NCBI GenBank assembly: GCA_964426655.1
Contig: CAYRQT010000004.1
Span: 37,047-101,046, forward strand
DNA: 64,000 bases
Origin: an uncultured Cuneatibacter sp.
Lineage (GTDB): Bacteria; Bacillota; Clostridia; Lachnospirales; Lachnospiraceae
Direction: 5' to 3'
Shown: piece after piece, positions 9,052 through 17,726 of the stretch
Numbering within the stretch: position 1 is the first letter of the stretch
How the letters are laid out: every line of letters starts with the position of its first letter
Translations under genes and position numbers: made by a program
The notes under the pieces: generated by a model
Told to the model about the DNA's origin: nothing
The model's input: the letters and a program-made list of their open reading frames with translations, nothing else
Databases searched by the model: none

Positions 9052-10122
9052 ATGAAAAAAATAAAAATGATATGGGTAATCTTGTTTGCTGTAATGCTGA
9101 TCTGGCAGGAACGGGTGGAGGTTTTGGCTACATCATCCGCCGGCACCATCCTTTTGCCACAAAATATCTATTATTCCGATGAGGATCAGGAAGTGGAAAT
9201 CACCCTGACTTTTGAAGAGTCCAAAGCATATGCAGGTGTTGAGATTGCGTTTGAAGTGCCGGATGGGGTGGAAATTACAGGAATTGAGGCGCCAGAGGGG
9301 GCTTATGCAGCCGGACCTTCTCAGGGGAGAGGGTATACCTGGATTAGTTTTTTTGCAGAAGACAATCTATTTTCCGGAAAGGATAGCCTTGTTGTTGCCA
9401 TAGAAATAACGGCACCGTCGGATGAGGATCTTATTCTGCACAGTGTCACCTATCTGTACAAAGAAAATGGGGGAATTACAAAGGAGACCGAGAATCCTGA
9501 AGCCAGTATCCAATTGGTGAGCAAAGACGAGCAGGAAGAGATGACAGAAACAGGCGGTGAAAGCTCCACTGGAACAAAGGATGAAACGGGAAACGGAACC
9601 AATGAGGGGGAGAGTAGTACAACGGAAAACGGAAACAGTACTGAAGGAAATAAGGGATCAGGAAGCAAAGACACCGCTGGCGGCAGCAGTGGCGGGGATG
9701 GCGTAACTGGTTCTGATCAGGAAGAGACGATTGCCATTTCACATACGTCAGCCGAAGAGGAGACTACTGCAAAAAATGCAGAAAATGAGGATGCGGATAA
9801 TGATAATGAGAATGAGAACAGTCTTTCAGGAGAAGAGCAAAAGGAAGAGGACGATGAAAATCTGACGGGAGCAGAAACAGAGGGAGAAGAGTTACAGGGA
9901 GAAGAAACAGAGGAAGAAGAAGTACGGACGGAGACATCAGAAGCACAGGAGAACACCGAAAATGGAAGTGCTTCTGAAGAGGGAGATACTACACGGAGCA
10001 GTTTTTCGGCCTGGATGCTAATGGCACTAATGGTCAGTGTGGCTGGGAATCTGGTTCTGGGGTATTTATATATACATGCCACAATGAGGGCGAAGAAGGG
10101 AACAGAAAAGAAGGAGAATTAA
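9052..10122 (+). CDS. Secreted, membrane-anchored surface protein: signal peptide, cohesin-like beta-sandwich module, long acidic/Ser/Thr/Gly-rich spacer, C-terminal TM helix plus basic tail
   Basis: Signal peptide MKKIKMIWVILFAVMLIW. The module pattern YAGVEIAFEVPDGVEITGIE ... LVVAIEITAP resembles cohesins. About 190 aa of low complexity. C-terminus FSAWMLMALMVSVAGNLVLGYLYI + RAKKGTEKKEN. Confidence 0.6.
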   Translation: MKKIKMIWVILFAVMLIWQERVEVLATSSAGTILLPQNIYYSDEDQEVEITLTFEESKAYAGVEIAFEVPDGVEITGIEAPEGAYAAGPSQGRGYTWISFFAEDNLFSGKDSLVVAIEITAPSDEDLILHSVTYLYKENGGITKETENPEASIQLVSKDEQEEMTETGGESSTGTKDETGNGTNEGESSTTENGNSTEGNKGSGSKDTAGGSSGGDGVTGSDQEETIAISHTSAEEETTAKNAENEDADNDNENENSLSGEEQKEEDDENLTGAETEGEELQGEETEEEEVRTETSEAQENTENGSASEEGDTTRSSFSAWMLMALMVSVAGNLVLGYLYIHATMRAKKGTEKKEN

Positions 10123-10144
10123 CAACGAAAAAGGAGAGAAGACC

Positions 10145-12640
10145 ATGAAAAAATGGACAAGAGTTGTCTCTTTGCTTTGCGCAGGGGCACTAGTATTTTC
10201 GGCATTTTCAGGATACCCGGTGAACTTTTCAAAGCTAATCTCTGCAGAAGCTGCAGAGGACACAACCCAGGAGCAGGTGCTCATTTCCAAGAGCAGTACT
10301 TGGAAATACAGCGATGCAGATACGGACATGTATGCACAGAGTTTCTTTGCAACAGACTTTAATGACAGTGCCTGGAGCACGGGCACAGCCCCCCTGGGAT
10401 ACCCCGCAACGGACTATAACGATACCTTTGGAGCAATTTCAACAGGAACATTGGTCAATGGAACAAAGCCTGCTATTTTGACCTATTATTTTCGCAATAC
10501 CTTTACAGTATCCAACCTGGCAGATTTTTCCTCTTTAAAAGCTACAGTGGGATTTGATGATGGCTTCGTACTTTATATCAACGGGACAGAAGTGAATCGG
10601 ACCTATATAAGTGAGGGTTCTGTAGGGCATAGCACAGCTGCGAATTATGTGAATGAGCCCTCAGATGCCAGCGGAACGACACAGCTGGATCTGACCAGCT
10701 ATCTGAATCTCTTGGTAGAAGGAGAAAATACCATTGCAGTTTCTGTGCATAACAGGGATGCCAACAGTTCGGATATTTATTTTGCCATGGAACTGATTGC
10801 GGGGACTGCAGACATCACCCCTTCTCAGTTAAACTCTCACTTTGGAGATGATGCATCCACCGAAATCAACATTACCTACACCACCATTGATGAAGCAGAT
10901 ACGGTGATTCACTACGGCATCAAGGGAGAAGAAGAGTCATTAACAGCTGAAGGCACACATTCCCAGGGCTCTTCCAACAAGTGGTTTCATGCCATTGCAC
11001 TGACAAATCTTCAGCCGGATACCTGGTATACCTATACCGTTGGGGTAGAAGGAGGGACGAAGACAGGCAGTTTTAAAACGGCACCGGCAGAAGGCAGTGA
11101 CGAGACCATTAAATTTGCCTATCTGGCAGATACACAGGTATCCAATGCAACCAATGCCAAGGCCCTGGGGGCAACTCTCTACGAGGTCAGCCAGATTGAG
11201 GATTTAGATTTCGTATATCTGGCCGGAGATCAGACAGATACAGCCACAAATGAAACTCAGTGGGAGTTGCTGTTTGAAAACAGCGGGTTATTCCCCACAG
11301 GCGGAGCTGATCTCTTTGCCAATAATACCATTGCCATTGTACAGGGAAATCATGACAACAACACCATGAACCGTCACATTAATGCTCCAGCCGAAGAAGG
11401 TAACATAGTATATTCCTTTGACTATGGCCCAGCCACCTTTATCATGCTGAACCTGGAAACAGCCCGGTATGATGCAGATGCCAGGGAAGAACAGAAAGCA
11501 TATGTGACCCAGGTGGCTACAGAGGCAAAAGCCAGAGGCCAGTGGGTGGTTGTAGGGTTCCATAAATCATTATATACCGGTGCATCCCACATTGTGGATT
11601 CGGATATTGTGGAGGCCAGAAAATATTGGGCACCCGTTTTCATCGAACTGGATGTGGATCTGGTGTTGCAGGGACATGATCATGTGTATTCCAGAGGTTT
11701 CGTAGACAGCGAAGGACAGAAAGCAACGGTTGTCAAAGAATCGGATAATGTGGTGATTGATCCTTTAAATATCCCGATGTATATGGTCGGCGGACATGCT
11801 GGTGGTTTGAAATGGTACTCTCAGAAAACCTACACTGTTTCCGCAGGAGATCCCCTTGCTTTGGGTTACTCCTTCCTGGATGTAAATTCCACAGATACCG
11901 GAAGCGATGTAAAAAAAGAGCAGGTTATTACGGAAATCGAAATCAGCAGTACCGAGTTCACGGTGAATGCATATATGTTCAAATATGATACAGATACAGA
12001 TACCATTACTACAGAGAAATATCTGTATGACACCATTACCGTAAAACGGGAAATTGCACAGGCCGAGATTACCGGATCTGAAGTAGGTGTGACGGAAACC
12101 GGCTCCACCGTAACCTATAATGTACATTTGGATCAGACAGATGGTGCAAATGCTTACCAGTTTACCGCTTCCTATGATCCGGATAAGCTGACCTTTGTAA
12201 AAGGGGAAAGTTTGCTTGAAAATACGGTGGTCAGTGAGATTACCGCTGAAAACGGAGTGGTTTCTGGAACCATTGGCACATCCACTGCCAACACAGCTGC
12301 ATCTGGAGACATTGTCAAGCTTACCTTCACCGTTAATCAGGGCCTGACGGCAGGCACCACTGCTGTGGAGCTGACTCAGTTCAAATCTGCATCCGCAAAT
12401 GATGAAGGCACAAATGCAGAATACAATCTGATTACTATTACTGGCGAAGAGGCAGAAACAACCATTCACTCCTACCAGAGTGCTTCGGATATTAACGGGG
12501 ATGGACAGGTCACTCTCTTGGATTTGTCCATTGCACTGGCAAACTTCCAGAAACAGGATCAGACGGCCTGTGACATTGACCTGGATGGGGTGGTCAACAC
12601 AGCAGACTACATCCTGCTGCTTAGCTACATGACAAAATAA
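10145..12640 (+). CDS. Secreted multidomain metallophosphoesterase (purple-acid-phosphatase-like) with a C-terminal cohesin-like module and a dockerin
   Basis: Signal peptide. N-terminal beta-sandwich (YYFRNTF, DDGFVLYINGTEVNR, NTIAVSVHN). PAP N-terminal domain (WYTYTVG). Metallophos motifs LADTQ / GDQTD / GNHD / GFHKSLY / GHDHVYSR. Cohesin-like YQFTASYDPDKLTFVKGE ... IVKLTFTV. Dockerin duplicated Ca loops DINGDGQVTLLDL and DIDLDGVVNTADY. Confidence 0.85.
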   Translation: MKKWTRVVSLLCAGALVFSAFSGYPVNFSKLISAEAAEDTTQEQVLISKSSTWKYSDADTDMYAQSFFATDFNDSAWSTGTAPLGYPATDYNDTFGAISTGTLVNGTKPAILTYYFRNTFTVSNLADFSSLKATVGFDDGFVLYINGTEVNRTYISEGSVGHSTAANYVNEPSDASGTTQLDLTSYLNLLVEGENTIAVSVHNRDANSSDIYFAMELIAGTADITPSQLNSHFGDDASTEINITYTTIDEADTVIHYGIKGEEESLTAEGTHSQGSSNKWFHAIALTNLQPDTWYTYTVGVEGGTKTGSFKTAPAEGSDETIKFAYLADTQVSNATNAKALGATLYEVSQIEDLDFVYLAGDQTDTATNETQWELLFENSGLFPTGGADLFANNTIAIVQGNHDNNTMNRHINAPAEEGNIVYSFDYGPATFIMLNLETARYDADAREEQKAYVTQVATEAKARGQWVVVGFHKSLYTGASHIVDSDIVEARKYWAPVFIELDVDLVLQGHDHVYSRGFVDSEGQKATVVKESDNVVIDPLNIPMYMVGGHAGGLKWYSQKTYTVSAGDPLALGYSFLDVNSTDTGSDVKKEQVITEIEISSTEFTVNAYMFKYDTDTDTITTEKYLYDTITVKREIAQAEITGSEVGVTETGSTVTYNVHLDQTDGANAYQFTASYDPDKLTFVKGESLLENTVVSEITAENGVVSGTIGTSTANTAASGDIVKLTFTVNQGLTAGTTAVELTQFKSASANDEGTNAEYNLITITGEEAETTIHSYQSASDINGDGQVTLLDLSIALANFQKQDQTACDIDLDGVVNTADYILLLSYMTK

Positions 12641-12676
12641 ATAAAAAAGGGAAAAGTAAAGGAATGCCCTCTCTGG

Positions 12677-12715
12677 CCCTGCCCGTTTTCTGCGGGCAGG
12701 GTTCCCTTGCTTTTC
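12677..12715 (+). terminator. Intrinsic terminator
   Basis: CCCTGCCCG-TTTTCTG-CGGGCAGGG followed by a T-rich tract. Confidence 0.7.
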
Positions 12716-12735
12716 ACAGAGGAGTGCAAAATCAT

Positions 12736-13893
12736 ATGAAAAAAATAAAAGCGGCAAAAATCGTTTTCGGGTGTTTTCTGGCACTTTTTATTCTCTACAT
12801 GATCTATTTGAATGTCACCCTGTCCTTTCCTCTTCCCGGAGATGCGCCGGTGGGCGTGGAAATTGCCCGTGCAAAAGTCATCAGTGTTCTTTCCGATACA
12901 CTGGCACCGGATCCGGAGTATCCTTTTGTGAACATTGGCATTCAGGAACTGGAGTTTGAAATTATCAGCGGAAATGATGCGGGGACCATTATTGTAGCAA
13001 AAAATTTTGTGGGTAGAACAGATAATCACCCTGCAGAGGTGGGGACGGTCATGATTCTGGCCAGCTATGACGACTTTGTTACCGCAACGGTAGAAAATTA
13101 CAGCCGGGAAAGGGAAATGGGATTTCTTGTGCTGCTGTTCTTTGCAGTAGTGTTGTTCTTTGGAAGAAGGAAGGGAGCTCAGTCTATTCTGGCGCTGGGA
13201 TTTTCTTTGACCACCATTGTCTTTTTCTTTGTTCCCTTGGTGATCAAAGGGATGAATCCCATTCTGGCCTCCATCCTCATGGTCATTATTTCCACATCGG
13301 TTTCTCACATTCTGATCAATGGGTTTACCGCAAAATCCTATGTGGCTACTCTGGGTTGCATTTTGTGCACCGCCTTTGCGGGAGGGATGGCCTGTGCAGT
13401 AGGAAAATGGATCCATTTGTCCAGCCTGCAGACAGCTGAGGCAGAAGATTTGTTTTTTATCTCTTCATATACCTCCATCTCTTTTAAAGATCTGATTTTT
13501 GCAGGTATACTGATCGCCACTCTTGGAGCAATCACCGATACCACCATGTCCATTGCTTCTGCAGTATACGAAATGAAGACACTGAATCCGGATCTGGGGT
13601 ATAAGGCACTCTGGAAATCCGGTATGAACGTTGGCAGGGATATTATGGGAACTATGACGGATACGCTGATTTTGGCCTTTACCGGAAGTTCGGTAAATCT
13701 TCTGGTCATCTTCTATATGTATCAATACAGCTGGTTACAGTTATTCAATATGGATTTGATGGTCATTGAAATAGTGCAGGGCATTTGCGGCAGTATAGCA
13801 GTCGTCTTCTCTATTCCCTTTACTGCATGGCTGTCTGCATGGGTATTTGGGCACAAAGAAAGGCATTTACAAAAAATAGAAAAAACGGTATAA
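12736..13893 (+). CDS. YibE/F-family integral membrane protein
   Basis: ATG 12736 follows AGAGGAG; the upstream part of the track ORF covers the terminator. N-terminal TM plus an outside beta domain, then about 7 TM segments with LGAITDTTMSIASAVYE and GRDIMGTMTDTLILAFTGSS, typical of YibE/F. Confidence 0.75.
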   Translation: MKKIKAAKIVFGCFLALFILYMIYLNVTLSFPLPGDAPVGVEIARAKVISVLSDTLAPDPEYPFVNIGIQELEFEIISGNDAGTIIVAKNFVGRTDNHPAEVGTVMILASYDDFVTATVENYSREREMGFLVLLFFAVVLFFGRRKGAQSILALGFSLTTIVFFFVPLVIKGMNPILASILMVIISTSVSHILINGFTAKSYVATLGCILCTAFAGGMACAVGKWIHLSSLQTAEAEDLFFISSYTSISFKDLIFAGILIATLGAITDTTMSIASAVYEMKTLNPDLGYKALWKSGMNVGRDIMGTMTDTLILAFTGSSVNLLVIFYMYQYSWLQLFNMDLMVIEIVQGICGSIAVVFSIPFTAWLSAWVFGHKERHLQKIEKTV

Positions 13894-13953
13894 TGCTCCC
13901 ATCCTGGTCAAATGACCGCAAGGAGAAGCGGTACTGAGGGCAAAATATGGAAA

Positions 13954-14011
13954 GTGACGATGTCCTACGCTGCACCAGAGGTGATGCGGCAGGGTCTTTC
14001 GTCGCTTTTTT
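13954..14011 (+). terminator. Compound hairpin plus T6, probable terminator of the YibE/F gene
   Basis: Outer GTGACGA / TCGTCGC (one wobble), inner GCTGCA / TGCGGC, then TTTTTT. Confidence 0.45.
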
Positions 14012-14187
14012 ATATAACTGCACTTGTGTTTTTAGTTCATTGTCCAGTCATGGGCCCTGCCTCTCTGATGTGCACAATGGCAGTACAGTTAACGGTGCAA
14101 TTATTATCAGTAAAACGAATAAAATAGATTTATGTGGAAGCGCATTTGTGGTAGAATAGTTAAAGAAAATGGGAGAGAGGCGCAGGG

Positions 14188-16026
14188 ATGGGAAAATCGA
14201 AATTTAGAAATAGCAGCTATGGTGTAACACTGGAAACTTTGCTGCAGCATTTCTGGGGGCTTGTCGCTGGGCAGACGATATTACTGGCAATTTCCGTGTT
14301 AATCCTCTATCCTGTTTTGGGGAATCTGGGACAGAAGACACTTTCAGTTGTGGGAATTCGGTATGTAACAGTGGACAATATTCTGCGGTTCATAGCACAT
14401 CCCGTGACCATTCTTTATTTGTTGCTGGCGTTTTTCCTCCTGGGTGTGTTTTTGCTTTGGGAAATGCAGTTCCATCTGCTTTATTTTTCCCAAATCAATA
14501 AAGGAAAGCGGGTCAGAACCTTCAGACTGCTGGGATTATCCGTATGGCGTCTGGTGAAGGGGTTTGTCAGAAAAAACTGGGCGCTGATTCCTAGAGTGTG
14601 GGGAATTATGCTGCTATGTAATCTTCCGTTGATTATATATTTGTTCCGCAAAAATCGGATGGCCAGATTCCTTGTGGTTCAGGCACCGAATGTGGTGTTC
14701 TGGGGTATTGCAGCAACGGTTCTTGTGGTGCTTTTGGTTTCTGTTCTTTTTGGACGGCCTTTCCTCCTGCATCATTATACACTGGAGGGGCAGGATCTAA
14801 AGGAAGCTGGAAAGCGGTCCCACTGGAAAAAGGGGCAGCCCCGGATGCGGATTGCAGGACTGTTCCTGGGGTGGAATATTCTCCTCTTTTTCGGGGTACT
14901 TCTGGTATATATCTTCTTCCTTTTTGTGGCTGCTCTCCTAGTTTCCGGTACCCTTAATCAAAACCTGGCGCTGGCCACCTTTATTACCATTCAGGATCAG
15001 ATGAGACCATTGGTTTCCATTCTCATTTTTCTGTTTTGCACAGGCGGAAACTTTGCTCTGTCCGTTCATTTGTTTTTCCGTTATCAGATGTTTTCGGAAG
15101 AGGCATTGGAGGAAGAAGAGGATTTATCTGTAATATTTGGAAGATCACAGAAAAAAATATATCCAAAGCGGATTTTGCTGTTAATGGCAGTGCTGATTGC
15201 CGGAACCTGCGCGTATTTTTTTGTAACAACGCTAAGGAATGGAACACCTTTGTCAGCTATAAATTTGGACAGGGTCCTGGTGACATCTCACAGGGGGTTC
15301 TCTCACAGCGTACCGGAAAACACATTGCCGGCCATTGAAAAAGCGATTGAAGAACAGGCGGATTATGTGGAAATTGATGTGCGGCTTACCTCGGATGGGG
15401 TACCGGTCCTGTTGCATGATGCAAGTTTAAAACGGACAACCGGGCTGAATGAGAAAATCTGGAATGTTACATATGCTGAAGTCGCCCAGCTGGATGCCGG
15501 AAGTTGGATGGGGGATGAGTTCACGGGGATTACTATACCCACACTGGAAGAAGTATTTGCACTGGCCAAAGGGCAGGTCATGCTAAATTTGGATTTAAAA
15601 TATCATGTAGATGAAGAGGGCCTTGTGGAAAAGGTGGTGGCTTTAATTGAGGAATATGACATGGAGTACCAGTGTGTGATTTTCTCCACCAACTTTGGAT
15701 GTTTGGAGCAGGTTAAGGCTTTGAATCCGGACATCCAGACGGGGTACATTTTGTATCAGCTTTATACAGGGCTTTTGGACAATGAGAACATTGACTTTTT
15801 CAGTATGAAGTCCACGCTGGTGACAAAAGAGGTGGTGGATGAAATTCACACACATGGAAAGACCATTCATACATGGACGGTCAACACAAAAGCGGAAATC
15901 GAACGGCTGGAACGGCTGGGAGTGGATAATATTATCACAGATAATCCAGCCTATGCAAAAGCTGTGCTGTATGAGTCGGATTCTGACTGGTATCTTGTAA
16001 AACTTATTAAGGTCATTTTAGAGTAA
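14188..16026 (+). CDS. Membrane-bound glycerophosphodiester phosphodiesterase (N-terminal multi-TM domain plus C-terminal GDPD domain)
   Basis: About 7 TM segments in the N-terminal 340 aa. GDPD catalytic motifs HRGFSHSVPENTLPA, EIDVRLTSDGVPVLLHD, TWTVN. Confidence 0.88.
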   Translation: MGKSKFRNSSYGVTLETLLQHFWGLVAGQTILLAISVLILYPVLGNLGQKTLSVVGIRYVTVDNILRFIAHPVTILYLLLAFFLLGVFLLWEMQFHLLYFSQINKGKRVRTFRLLGLSVWRLVKGFVRKNWALIPRVWGIMLLCNLPLIIYLFRKNRMARFLVVQAPNVVFWGIAATVLVVLLVSVLFGRPFLLHHYTLEGQDLKEAGKRSHWKKGQPRMRIAGLFLGWNILLFFGVLLVYIFFLFVAALLVSGTLNQNLALATFITIQDQMRPLVSILIFLFCTGGNFALSVHLFFRYQMFSEEALEEEEDLSVIFGRSQKKIYPKRILLLMAVLIAGTCAYFFVTTLRNGTPLSAINLDRVLVTSHRGFSHSVPENTLPAIEKAIEEQADYVEIDVRLTSDGVPVLLHDASLKRTTGLNEKIWNVTYAEVAQLDAGSWMGDEFTGITIPTLEEVFALAKGQVMLNLDLKYHVDEEGLVEKVVALIEEYDMEYQCVIFSTNFGCLEQVKALNPDIQTGYILYQLYTGLLDNENIDFFSMKSTLVTKEVVDEIHTHGKTIHTWTVNTKAEIERLERLGVDNIITDNPAYAKAVLYESDSDWYLVKLIKVILE

Positions 16027-16048
16027 AAATACTTTATTTCTGAATGAG

Positions 16049-16094
16049 AAGACCCCCTGTGTGGCAGGTGACTGACACGCAGGGGGTCTTTTTA
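16049..16094. terminator. Bidirectional terminator between convergent genes
   Basis: 13-bp stem GACCCCCTGTGTG / CACGCAGGGGGTC with T-rich tracts on both sides. Confidence 0.75.
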
Positions 16095-16502
16095 TGAAGA
16101 TTTCGGAGAACGAAAAACAAAATACTTGTCATACAGAAATTCTGTGACCAGGTTTAGCCCCATGGTTAAGGCAAGCACAAGATAACGGGATAGTCCCTGG
16201 TCTGTGAGGAACTGCCCCCCTACGGTGGTCAAAGGAGTGAACACGCTGTAATAGGCCAGCACTTTTAGCATGGCAAGGGGAATGTTATTGGCTGCATGAA
16301 AGGTAAATTGCCTGTTTAGCGTAAAGTTCCAAAGAACGGAGCAGATCAGGGCAATGAGGTAGCAGGGCCGGTATAGCCAATCTGTCAGCTATGAAAGCAG
16401 TGTGAAGGTTAGCGCCTGTATAACCCCGGCCGAAACAGAGAAAAGAGTAAATTTTATGGCCTGGCGCAGGCTCTCCCGGGAAGGGGAGGTTTCTTTTGAC
16501 AT
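16092..16502 (-). pseudogene. GtrA-family small membrane protein gene interrupted by an in-frame TAG at codon 38
   Basis: Manual minus-strand translation gives MSKETSPSRESLRQAIKFTLFSVSAGVIQALTFTLLS*LTDWLYRPCYLIALICSVLWNFTLNRQFTFHAANN...LNLVTEFLYDKYFVFRSPKSS*, 137 codons in a single frame. The GtrA pattern is present (F..S..G..Q...F.LL, NF.LNR..TF, ...KY.VF). TAG = plus-strand CTA at 16389-16391. Both halves fall below the 60-aa ORF-track cutoff. Confidence 0.65.
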
Positions 16503-16679
16503 GGTTAATTCTCCTTTCAAAGTCTCTATTTTCTCAATATAGCAGAAAATCCACTGAAAAACAGTCTTTCTTCATTATTCTAGAGAAAAACTATAACCGG
16601 CTATCAAATATTGCAATTATTCATAACAGGAAACGAATGCTATGATAGCAACTATCCTAAACAAGGAGATGACGCAGCG

Positions 16680-17726
16680 ATGATAGAGTTAATACATATT
16701 AATAAAGACTTTTCATTAGAAAAAACGGAAGTGCATGCTGTCAAAGATGTGAGCCTGACCATTCAGGATGGAGAAATCTTTGGCATCATTGGATTAAGCG
16801 GCGCCGGAAAGAGTACTCTGGTGCGATGTATTAACCTGCTGGAAAGACCCACCTCCGGATCAGTACGGTTGGATGGGGAGGACCTGACAGCTCTGAGCAA
16901 TGCCAGCCTGCGCAGGGAAAGAAAAAAAATCGGGATGATTTTCCAGCAGTTTAACTTATTTTCCGCAAGAACAGTTTATAAAAATATTGAATATCCTCTT
17001 CGACACAGCAAATTGTCTAAGAGTGAGAAAAAAGCAAAGGTGGAGGAATTGCTCAGGCTGGTAGAGTTGGAAGGCAAAGCCAATGCCTATCCTTCACAGC
17101 TAAGTGGAGGACAAAAACAGCGTGTAGCCATTGCCAGAGCCCTGGCCAGCGATCCTAAAGTGCTTCTTTGCGATGAAGCCACTAGTGCACTGGATCCGCA
17201 GACCACCCATTCTATTTTAAAACTTTTAAAGCAGCTTAACCAGAAACTAGGGATTACCATCATTCTAATTACCCATGAAATGCAGGTGATTAAAGAGATT
17301 TGTGACCGGGTAGCGGTTATGGAGCATGGGCATGTGGTGGAAAGCGGGGATGTGTTTACTGTATTTGCAAATCCCCAGCAGAAAATTACGGCAGACTTTA
17401 TTAACACAACTTCCAATTTGTCCCGTATTTATGAGTTGTTGGAAGATCATGCAGAAATCACCCAGTTAAAACCAGGCCAATGCATTGTAAAGTTCAAATA
17501 TTTGGTACGCAGTGCTTCTGAAGCGCTGGTGTCCACCATTTCCAGACAGTTTCATATTAATGCCAATATCATTTTTGGTAATATCGAACTGATTGGTCAG
17601 GAACCGTTAGGCGGTCTGGTGGCCATTCTGGACGGAAAGCCGGAGGATATAGATGGAGCTCTGGCCTATCTGAAGGAAAAAAATGTAGGTGTGGAGGTGA
17701 TTAAAGATGATCGGTTGGCTCAGTAA
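16680..17726 (+). CDS. metN: Methionine ABC importer ATP-binding protein
   Basis: ATG 16680 follows AAGGAG. Walker A GLSGAGKST, signature LSGGQKQRV, and a C-terminal NIL/ACT-like domain (GNIELIGQEPLGGLVAILDG). Confidence 0.9.
   Translation: MIELIHINKDFSLEKTEVHAVKDVSLTIQDGEIFGIIGLSGAGKSTLVRCINLLERPTSGSVRLDGEDLTALSNASLRRERKKIGMIFQQFNLFSARTVYKNIEYPLRHSKLSKSEKKAKVEELLRLVELEGKANAYPSQLSGGQKQRVAIARALASDPKVLLCDEATSALDPQTTHSILKLLKQLNQKLGITIILITHEMQVIKEICDRVAVMEHGHVVESGDVFTVFANPQQKITADFINTTSNLSRIYELLEDHAEITQLKPGQCIVKFKYLVRSASEALVSTISRQFHINANIIFGNIELIGQEPLGGLVAILDGKPEDIDGALAYLKEKNVGVEVIKDDRLAQ

Noticed and set aside
9540-9990. Repetitive-looking GAA/GAG/GAT-rich DNA in the anchor gene, and the GGN-rich tail at 43332-43418
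   Set aside because: These are compositionally biased coding sequence (acidic spacer, poly-Gly tail) with no regular repeat unit or spacer structure. They are not CRISPR or tandem-repeat elements.
11765-12784. Long antisense ORFs: 339 aa here, plus 7372-8232, 12625-13416, 19687-20403, 29420-30211, 35659-36576, 54574-55353, 57913-58671, 59251-60069, 61831-62535 and 62872-63780
   Set aside because: All lie opposite strongly supported genes. They have Cys/His/Arg-rich or low-complexity translations with no motifs, which is typical of shadow ORFs.
13894-14187. 294-nt intergenic region upstream of the GDPD gene as a riboswitch or small RNA
   Set aside because: I compared it mentally with c-di-GMP, glycine, ykkC, yybP, ZTP and cobalamin cores and found no match. 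The first part folds as a compound terminator for the upstream gene. The best promoter (TGTGGTAGAAT, about 14142-14152) lies after the candidate region. A covariance-model scan would still be worthwhile.
16389-16391. In-frame TAG of the GtrA gene as pyrrolysine or a reassigned codon
   Set aside because: TAG is used as a normal stop by other genes in the window (for example 3315-4283 and 25780-26253), and no pyl genes are visible. A pseudogene or sequencing error is the simpler reading.
16503-16679. Expected S-box (SAM-I) or T-box leader upstream of metN
   Set aside because: The 177-nt region is AT-rich and lacks the conserved S-box core or the T-box AGGGTGGTACCGCG-type sequence. The room between a promoter and the RBS is also too short.
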